From the IMG/VR virus record IMGVR_UViG_3300029935_000001, positions 265,867 through 323,407 of that record: a stretch of 57,541 bases of DNA, one strand, 5' to 3'. Positions 29,545 through 35,887 of the stretch are shown here, piece after piece; position 1 is the stretch's first letter, and each line of letters starts with the position of its first letter. The notes under the pieces were generated by a model. That model was not told the DNA's origin. It did not search any database and was given only the letters and a program-made list of their open reading frames with translations. This DNA is from a virus (Duplodnaviria; Heunggongvirae; Uroviricota; Caudoviricetes). Position numbers and translations under genes: made by a program.

Positions 29545-30023
29545 GAGCAAAAGAATTTTTACCAGAAGTGAACGTAGACAACCGCAGTGGGTGGGGTGCT
29601 ACCCCGCACAATGCTAACGTAGACTATCGTGGCATGGCTGTGCGGATGCGGCCATCGACGTTCTTGAAATTAGCGTTGCCGCTAGCAGCCAATGACCAAG
29701 ACACCACTGAGATAGAGCGGCATATTGCGCAAGGTGGCACCATTGGTGCGCCGTTCTTAGAAATCCGGGCTCCCGACGAGTGGCGCGACTCGGGCGATTA
29801 CAGTGAACCAGCTGTGGTATACGGTCACGACGGGCGGCATCGCATGCTCGCCATTTACCGCAGCGAAGGCGACGAGCCAGTTGAGGTTCATTTATTCCTA
29901 ATGAGCAAGCACTCAGAGTGGCGAAACCGCCACATGACCCCAGAAGTTATGCAGGCACTAAACGCCCAGCTAGTGCCACAAGGCAGCAATGCTGCTATTC
30001 AAGGCCCATTTTTTACATTATGA
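29541..30023 (+). CDS. putative capsid-internal ParB/Srx-like protein
   Basis: MRAKEFLPE; GAPFLEI..VYGHDGRHRMLAI. Confidence 0.7.
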   Translation: MRAKEFLPEVNVDNRSGWGATPHNANVDYRGMAVRMRPSTFLKLALPLAANDQDTTEIERHIAQGGTIGAPFLEIRAPDEWRDSGDYSEPAVVYGHDGRHRMLAIYRSEGDEPVEVHLFLMSKHSEWRNRHMTPEVMQALNAQLVPQGSNAAIQGPFFTL

Positions 30024-30460
30024 GAGCTAACGAAATACTGCTTGAGCTAGGAGACGCTATCTACCCTTATACCCAAGTAGGCAATAAGCTAGTTGCCACA
30101 TTACGGGATGGCCGTGTTTTAGATCTAGCGTTTTGGCGGACCGGTACCGAGCTGGAGATTATCTTCGGGGTCGATGACGAGACCGAAATGACCGGCGGCG
30201 GCGATCAGTTCAAGATTATGGCTACGGTGATTGACATGATCACTCGGCACCTTGGCTCTGCTTCGGAGCAACGAACCCCTAACCGTAAGCCTATCACTAC
30301 CGTCTACTTCACTGCTGCCGCCAACGAACGCTCGAGAGTTAAATACTACACGCGGCGGCTAGTTCCGGTTGTAACCCAGGCGCTACGAGCCGAAGATCCC
30401 GAATGGACGTTTTCTACTGACCTTGTAGACGGACAGCAAGCGTTTGTTTGGCGCCGATAA
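30020..30460 (+). CDS. putative capsid-internal protein, 4-copy paralog family
   Basis: MRANEILLE; TGGGDQFKIMATV..FTA..ERSRVKYY. Confidence 0.7.
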   Translation: MRANEILLELGDAIYPYTQVGNKLVATLRDGRVLDLAFWRTGTELEIIFGVDDETEMTGGGDQFKIMATVIDMITRHLGSASEQRTPNRKPITTVYFTAAANERSRVKYYTRRLVPVVTQALRAEDPEWTFSTDLVDGQQAFVWRR

Positions 30461-30475
30461 TAACAGAGCTAAGAC

Positions 30476-30829
30476 ATGAAAGCAAGAGAAATTTTTACCG
30501 AAGGGTCCACAGATGGCAGACCGGTTAACGTTAATGTTACAGTGACCTTGGACTCGGCACGATTATCACAGAACATCGACAATATTATTGTTCGCAGTGA
30601 TAGCCAGCTTGAGTGGCAACTATATACCGCCGAGAAATGGGCGCCTGGCACGGTCGAAAAATTCAGGCAGTACCAAGCTCAGGTCGACGAACAAATGACC
30701 AAGCAGCTTCACCAGCTCACCCTTGCCTACCACGACACTGCGCACCTAGCTCTTGCTGAAGCACAACAGCAGCTAATCGCCTTTGCCCAACAACTCGTAG
30801 ACCAAAATGGCCAAGATAGCACTGTTTGA
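30476..30829 (+). CDS. putative capsid-internal protein (tag MKAREIFTE)
   Basis: CTS-like N-terminus. Confidence 0.65.
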   Translation: MKAREIFTEGSTDGRPVNVNVTVTLDSARLSQNIDNIIVRSDSQLEWQLYTAEKWAPGTVEKFRQYQAQVDEQMTKQLHQLTLAYHDTAHLALAEAQQQLIAFAQQLVDQNGQDSTV

Positions 30830-31946
30830 AGCGGCCGAGCTGGTCAAGACGCCGGTTGAAGTGCCGCGCGATGTGGTGCGGACGTTAAAGCTGTTCCAGA
30901 CGGTGCTCCGCATTGTGTTTGATCATTACCACAGTGAGTATCGCAGCGACAAGCGCGGGCAACTACGTTCGCTTGAAGAATTTAAGTCATTAAAGGCCAA
31001 GCTAAAGCAGTATCAATCAGTGCCGTTTGTTCGGCCAATATTTGCGCAGATTGAAGCTATTAACCGCGCCTACATTGAAAAATACCAAAGCCAGCGACAG
31101 CTAAAGAAGCAAAACATTTCGGCACCGCTCGCAGCAGTTATGGCCGCTTGGAACACTAAGAACATCTCGGCCATATTACAAGCTGCACGCCCAGTATCAG
31201 CGTTAGTAGCGCAGCACCGGCGAGCCACAGCAGAACCACTGCAAGGCAAGTTCAACCCATACTACATCGAAAACCCGCTATTCTTCATCTCTGCGTCTTT
31301 CTTGGAAATGTTTGAACGTGAGCAAATCGAAGCCGTAATGAATTTAGATCTAAATGAATACCGCTACTCGTATTTGCCGTTGCCTCCCGATAAGCAAGGC
31401 GACTTTCAGTACCTTGGCTACTATATGCTAAAGCTAAGAAATAACCAGGAGCCTGTTTCGATTACCGGCAAGGAAGCAAAAAAATACTTCGACCTGGCGT
31501 TCGACGGATCAAAGTATCGAGAGTTGGTTACTGACATAACCAACTACTTACACAACAATAACAAAGAATTAATTCCAAAGATTGTTGCTGGCATTCAAGA
31601 GTTTCCTGAAATTGCTGAGCTTAACGAAAAAGCCAAGCAAGGCGTTACTCGCGTATATCGAGGTGTAGGTGGCGAGCCAAGCATCACAAAGATACTGCGC
31701 CAAGATCGCGAATCGCGGTATGTAGCAACAAGCACCAGCCACTCAGTGGCTGAGAACTTTGCGCTACAGCGCGGCCATTTAGAAGACCGTAACTTACGGC
31801 GGGTTGAGGACGCTGTGATTATTACTTACACTGTTGGGCCTGCGAGTATTTTATTTGACACTACCATTTTCGGCGGACTGTTCGGCGAAGGCGAAGTGTT
31901 GATTGACGTAAGTAAGGCCGCAGTAGAGGAAACTGAAACATTATGA
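30807..31946 (+). CDS. ADP-ribosyltransferase, R-S-E clade (tag MAKIALFE)
   Basis: RVYRG..YVATSTS..VAENFA..FGEGEVLI. Confidence 0.75.
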   Translation: MAKIALFEAAELVKTPVEVPRDVVRTLKLFQTVLRIVFDHYHSEYRSDKRGQLRSLEEFKSLKAKLKQYQSVPFVRPIFAQIEAINRAYIEKYQSQRQLKKQNISAPLAAVMAAWNTKNISAILQAARPVSALVAQHRRATAEPLQGKFNPYYIENPLFFISASFLEMFEREQIEAVMNLDLNEYRYSYLPLPPDKQGDFQYLGYYMLKLRNNQEPVSITGKEAKKYFDLAFDGSKYRELVTDITNYLHNNNKELIPKIVAGIQEFPEIAELNEKAKQGVTRVYRGVGGEPSITKILRQDRESRYVATSTSHSVAENFALQRGHLEDRNLRRVEDAVIITYTVGPASILFDTTIFGGLFGEGEVLIDVSKAAVEETETL

Positions 31947-32677
31947 GAATTAACGACATCACTGAAGCTGTAAAATCGCGACGTCCTGCCAACCTATTTA
32001 GCATGCCATGGCAGATCTTTACGCTTGATGCCACTACAGTGCTTGATTACCGGCACAGTGCCGGTGAACTCATGGCCTATGTAGAACACCGGGGTAGAAT
32101 AATACTGTGGGTGCCATTTGATTTTTGGAATCGAATTGGGTTTTTTTATATTATGACTCCTGACGAACTGCAGGCTATACAAAAAACACCCAAGACTGAT
32201 GTTACTATACACGACATTCATGCTGCTTATCTTTATATGCTTTGGGACCGAGCAGCTAAAGAAAAAAGGCAGGGCCTTGCTGAAGAGTTTGCTCAATTAA
32301 GCCCGCGCATAAGCAAACAATTTAAATCAGCACCGCCTATATTATACCGCGGTATGGTGTTAGACAATAACTCTATACAGCAATTGCAGTCAGGCGCCAG
32401 TATTAACTTATTAGCAACTACTGTTAGCTCATGGACCACACTCCCAAGCGTAGCCGAGGTGTTTGCGTCGAGAACAAAGGCGACTGGAATTATAATAGAA
32501 AAACAAATGCCAGCGAATCAGATCGTATGCAATTTGTACGCGTTAAATCAAGAGTTTCGCTTACCACTCAACGATCGCTATAGCGACGAACACGAAGTAT
32601 TAGTTGCAGGTAATGGCATTGGGCCGACACTGTCTGCTAATGACCCATCATTGACAATTAAATTACATAAAAAATGA
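31943..32677 (+). CDS. ADP-ribosyltransferase, R-S-E clade (tag MRINDITE)
   Basis: ILYRGM..VSSWTT..VAEVFA..DEHEVLV. Confidence 0.75.
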   Translation: MRINDITEAVKSRRPANLFSMPWQIFTLDATTVLDYRHSAGELMAYVEHRGRIILWVPFDFWNRIGFFYIMTPDELQAIQKTPKTDVTIHDIHAAYLYMLWDRAAKEKRQGLAEEFAQLSPRISKQFKSAPPILYRGMVLDNNSIQQLQSGASINLLATTVSSWTTLPSVAEVFASRTKATGIIIEKQMPANQIVCNLYALNQEFRLPLNDRYSDEHEVLVAGNGIGPTLSANDPSLTIKLHKK

Positions 32678-33330
32678 GAGCATCCGAGTTTTTAAACGAA
32701 AATATAACCGCAACGGACCTGACTCACTTGCGGTATTACTTGATTGACTTGTTTGCGCCATTTGGGCTTGACTTTGAGTTCAGTCGCCACTTCTTGGATC
32801 GAGCCAATGACTTGCGGAACCGAAAGCCTATTACTCCTGGCGAGCTGACGCGGCTGTTCCGCAAGGTGCTCAAACAGCATGGGCGCAGCATTGTGGAGCT
32901 GGCGCCGAACATCGAAGTGGTGCTAAAGGACTTGGCCACCAAGATCAACGTGCCTGTTGCTATCATCCCACCTGAGACTGAGGACGACGCCCGCACAATT
33001 GTGGCCAAGACTGTGATGCGCAAGCAAGATTTCCAAACCTCCAACCCAACATTTGTTATCGAATCGCTTGCAGGAGCCGATCAAAGAGTGTACTATGTAG
33101 CTCTGCATGGCTCGTCCCAGGTTGGTCACGCGATAGTAAACATTAATAAACAGAAAGCCACTGTAGTAGCAAGCAGAGGTATCAATCTCGCTGAATGTAT
33201 TCGCCGAGATCTTTTAAAAAGTGGCATTCAAAATGTTATTATCTCAGAAGACGCACAAAAGAAAGGTAGCAGAGTACCTGGAGTATTTAGAGGCCAAGAA
33301 GAAGGCGTTACAAAAGGCCACGCCCAATGA
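32674..33330 (+). CDS. putative capsid-internal protein, possible RelE/barnase-like RNase domain
   Basis: MRASEFLNE; FEFSRHFLDRAND.RN..VAKTVMRK; fold assignment is inference. Confidence 0.6.
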   Translation: MRASEFLNENITATDLTHLRYYLIDLFAPFGLDFEFSRHFLDRANDLRNRKPITPGELTRLFRKVLKQHGRSIVELAPNIEVVLKDLATKINVPVAIIPPETEDDARTIVAKTVMRKQDFQTSNPTFVIESLAGADQRVYYVALHGSSQVGHAIVNINKQKATVVASRGINLAECIRRDLLKSGIQNVIISEDAQKKGSRVPGVFRGQEEGVTKGHAQ

Positions 33331-33806
33331 GAGCAAAAGAAATCATAAATGAGCTTGGCAATGCCAGTTATCCGTATGTTGAGCCGTTTCTGGGCGAGTA
33401 CAGTGTAGCGCTGCCAACTGGTAAAGAGTTGTATGTAACAATATTGCCTGACACGATGCTCAATAGTGACAACACCGGATTTGCTTACCAAGACGGTCTT
33501 AACATTGAGTTTGCGCTCGACGGCGAATACGCGTTGACCGGCACTAGCGACCAGTTCCGCATTTTGGCAACAGTGATGAAGATTGTGCGGAATCATCTAC
33601 CCCAGTTAGCAGCGCCCGAGGATGTGAGGTTTGTTCGGTTTACAGCCGACAGCGACGAGCCATCCCGTGTGTCGCTGTACCAACGCGCTGCGCCCAAGAT
33701 AGGGCAAATACTACAGGCGATGCCGGTCCAGTGGCAGTTTTCTGAGCGCCCAGGCCGATCAGTATCGTTTTTATGGACAAAGGAAGACAACAATGAGGGC
33801 CGCTGA
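33327..33806 (+). CDS. putative capsid-internal protein, 4-copy paralog family
   Basis: MRAKEIINE; TGTSDQFRILATV..FTADSDEPSRVSLY. Confidence 0.7.
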   Translation: MRAKEIINELGNASYPYVEPFLGEYSVALPTGKELYVTILPDTMLNSDNTGFAYQDGLNIEFALDGEYALTGTSDQFRILATVMKIVRNHLPQLAAPEDVRFVRFTADSDEPSRVSLYQRAAPKIGQILQAMPVQWQFSERPGRSVSFLWTKEDNNEGR

Positions 33807-34284
33807 ACTACTGCTTGAGTTAGCCGACTCGCACTATGAAATACTAATGCAGAATACCGATCATTATGGGCTGCATTACTTTTTTGAAACCCGGACCGGC
33901 GACGAATATAAGGTGCAGATTTTATGGGATGGTCCGCCAGGACAAGTGTCTGTTCAGTTTGCGTTACGGCAAGGCGCTGAGTGGGCCGACCATGTCACTG
34001 GCGGCGCCGGTACCGAATCACTGCGCGTTTTCTCTACGGTGATTCATTGTGTCAAGGATGCGATTGCCCGTGAGCCCGAGATTGATACCATTGCCTTTGA
34101 CGCGACGTTTGCTGAGCCATCGCGAGTTGCGCTGTACCGGCGGTTTGCTGCCAACGCCAGCCGATACCTGCCTGGATGGCGTTATGTTGGCGAAAAAGGG
34201 CGTGAGTGGTCAGGTGGTCGCAGCGGGAATAACTACGTTATAACGCGAAAGCCAAAAACTATCCTCAGCTCGCCAAAACTGTAG
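33793..34284 (+). CDS. putative capsid-internal protein, 4-copy paralog family
   Basis: MRAAELLLE; TGGAGTESLRVFSTV..FDA..EPSRVALYRR. Confidence 0.7.
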   Translation: MRAAELLLELADSHYEILMQNTDHYGLHYFFETRTGDEYKVQILWDGPPGQVSVQFALRQGAEWADHVTGGAGTESLRVFSTVIHCVKDAIAREPEIDTIAFDATFAEPSRVALYRRFAANASRYLPGWRYVGEKGREWSGGRSGNNYVITRKPKTILSSPKL

Positions 34285-34329
34285 ACTACTTTTAATAACG
34301 ATGCTATTAAGACTAAGCAGTTTGTTAAA

Positions 34330-34599
34330 GTGTGTTTTACTGTTTCAACACAGGTAGAAGGGTTTGAACCTCGATACCGAGTGTATGTTAACGACGAGCT
34401 TTTTACTGAGCGCACTTACTATGCCGGGCCGCTGGAATGCTACGAAGAAATCTTACAGGTATTGGCGCCGCCTGGCTCCTACACTGTTCGACTCGAGCCG
34501 TTAGATCAGCAGGCTTATACAGTAGGGCCTTTGCGTGTAATTTACGGGCCCGCAGCGGCAACAGAAAAAAATAAATTCCGCATTTTAGGTCATAAGTAA
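34330..34599 (+). CDS. hypothetical protein
   Basis: 89-aa ORF, start uncertain. Confidence 0.55.
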   Translation: MCFTVSTQVEGFEPRYRVYVNDELFTERTYYAGPLECYEEILQVLAPPGSYTVRLEPLDQQAYTVGPLRVIYGPAAATEKNKFRILGHK

Positions 34600-34610
34600 C
34601 AGTAACAAAG

Positions 34611-34712
34611 AATTCACCTAGGACCGTTAAGTTGCGGTGGATGCGGCGCGCCTCGGCCGGTAGTAAAGGATTCGCTACCCTTTTGCTACAAATAAGGGCT
34701 TCGCCTTTTTAC
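34611..34712 (+). ncRNA. candidate small structured RNA or regulatory leader
   Basis: Follows CATAAGTA; ACCG/CGGT stem; GTAGTAAAGG/CCTTTTGCTAC stem; terminator-like AAGGGC-TTC-GCCTTTTT. Confidence 0.35.
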
Positions 34713-34789
34713 CCCTTATCATTTACCAAACCCTATTGCAGTATAGTCATCAACTATGTATAGTTGTGGTTATACCAGGAGAAATTTAT

Positions 34790-34840
34790 ATGTCTAATTC
34801 CCGTATGTTTAGCGCCGAAGAAAAGGCGAAACATACCTAA
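34790..34840 (+). pseudogene. stranded 5' fragment of the 35621 gene
   Basis: MSNSRMFSAEEKAK(HT*) versus MANSRMFSAEERAK; retains AGGAG RBS. Confidence 0.85.
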
Positions 34841-34844
34841 TTAG

Positions 34845-34870
34845 TATAAATATTAGCGGAGGCGCTAATG
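34845..34870 (+). promoter_or_regulatory. late promoter plus RBS-sequestering hairpin
   Basis: TATAAATA; ATTAGCG-GAGG-CGCTAAT covers the SD and start codon. Confidence 0.8.
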
Positions 34871-35617
34871 AATACTTTTTATGTTTACGTACACAAACGG
34901 TTAAGCGATGGCAACATCTTTTATGTTGGAAAGGGCAAAGGAAACCGCGCATTTGACCGGTCAGGTAGAAACAACCTATGGCAAAAGATTGTAGACAAGC
35001 ACGGCCTAGTTGTAGAAATAATCCATGCTAATCTTCTCGAACAAACTGCGTGGGACATAGAAACAAGACTCATTGAGCAGTACGGCCGGTTGTGCGACAA
35101 CACTGGAGTATTAGCAAACCTGTCAACTGGCGGCGAGGGCGCCGCAGGAGTCACACATTCGCCAGAAACAAAACAAAAGTGGTCTGTTGCTAAAAAGGGC
35201 AAAAAACGAAATTTAACTGACGAGCAACGAGAAGCAATATCTAACTGGCTACGTGCTCGCACGGTGACTGCCGAGACAAGACAAAAAATGTCTGCTGCGC
35301 GCAAGGCCAGGAAAAGCGAACCTAAAGTAACCGATGAGACTCGCAAAAAATTGAGCGAGATGCGGAAGGGGCGACCTTCGCCAACAAAAGGAATGACCTT
35401 ATCCGCAGAGGCTAGACAAAATATGTCTGCTGCTGCTACAATACGAGGGCAAGACCCAGAGATCCGGGCGAGGATATCAAATAGCATGAAGGGTCGGCCG
35501 AAGTCCGAAGAAACAAAACTAAAAATGAAAGAGGCAGCAGCAAGAAGAGCTGCTGACCCCGAGTATAGAAAAAAATGCTCTGAATCAGCAAAAAACCGTA
35601 AATCAAAAAAGGATTAG
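34868..35617 (+). mobile_element. free-standing GIY-YIG homing endonuclease with NUMOD3-like repeats
   Basis: FYVYVH..FYVGKG..RA; repeated HSPETKQKWS / TAETRQKMS / TDETRKKLS / SEETKLKM. Confidence 0.85.
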
Positions 35618-35620
35618 TAA

Positions 35621-35884
35621 ATGGCAAATTCAAGAATGTTCTCGGCAGAGGAACGCGCGAAATTAACACAAATCGTCAACGAAGCCTTGTCTATTATGAT
35701 GGAAGTCGAAACGCTCAACGGCGGTCTTTCTGACACCATCAAAGCAGTGGCCGAAGAGATGGATATCAAGCCTGCCTTGCTTCGAAAGGCTATTAAAATT
35801 GCCCACAAGGCTACATTTACCCAAACACAAGAAGACAACGAGCTTGTTGAGCAAATTCTCGTTACTGTTGGCAAGACGCTTTAA
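35621..35884 (+). CDS. DsbA/GapR-like dsDNA-binding protein
   Basis: 87-aa helical protein, DTIKAVAEEMDIKPALLRKAIK; sits before the polymerase; family assignment from pattern only. Confidence 0.55.
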   Translation: MANSRMFSAEERAKLTQIVNEALSIMMEVETLNGGLSDTIKAVAEEMDIKPALLRKAIKIAHKATFTQTQEDNELVEQILVTVGKTL

Positions 35885-35887
35885 CCT

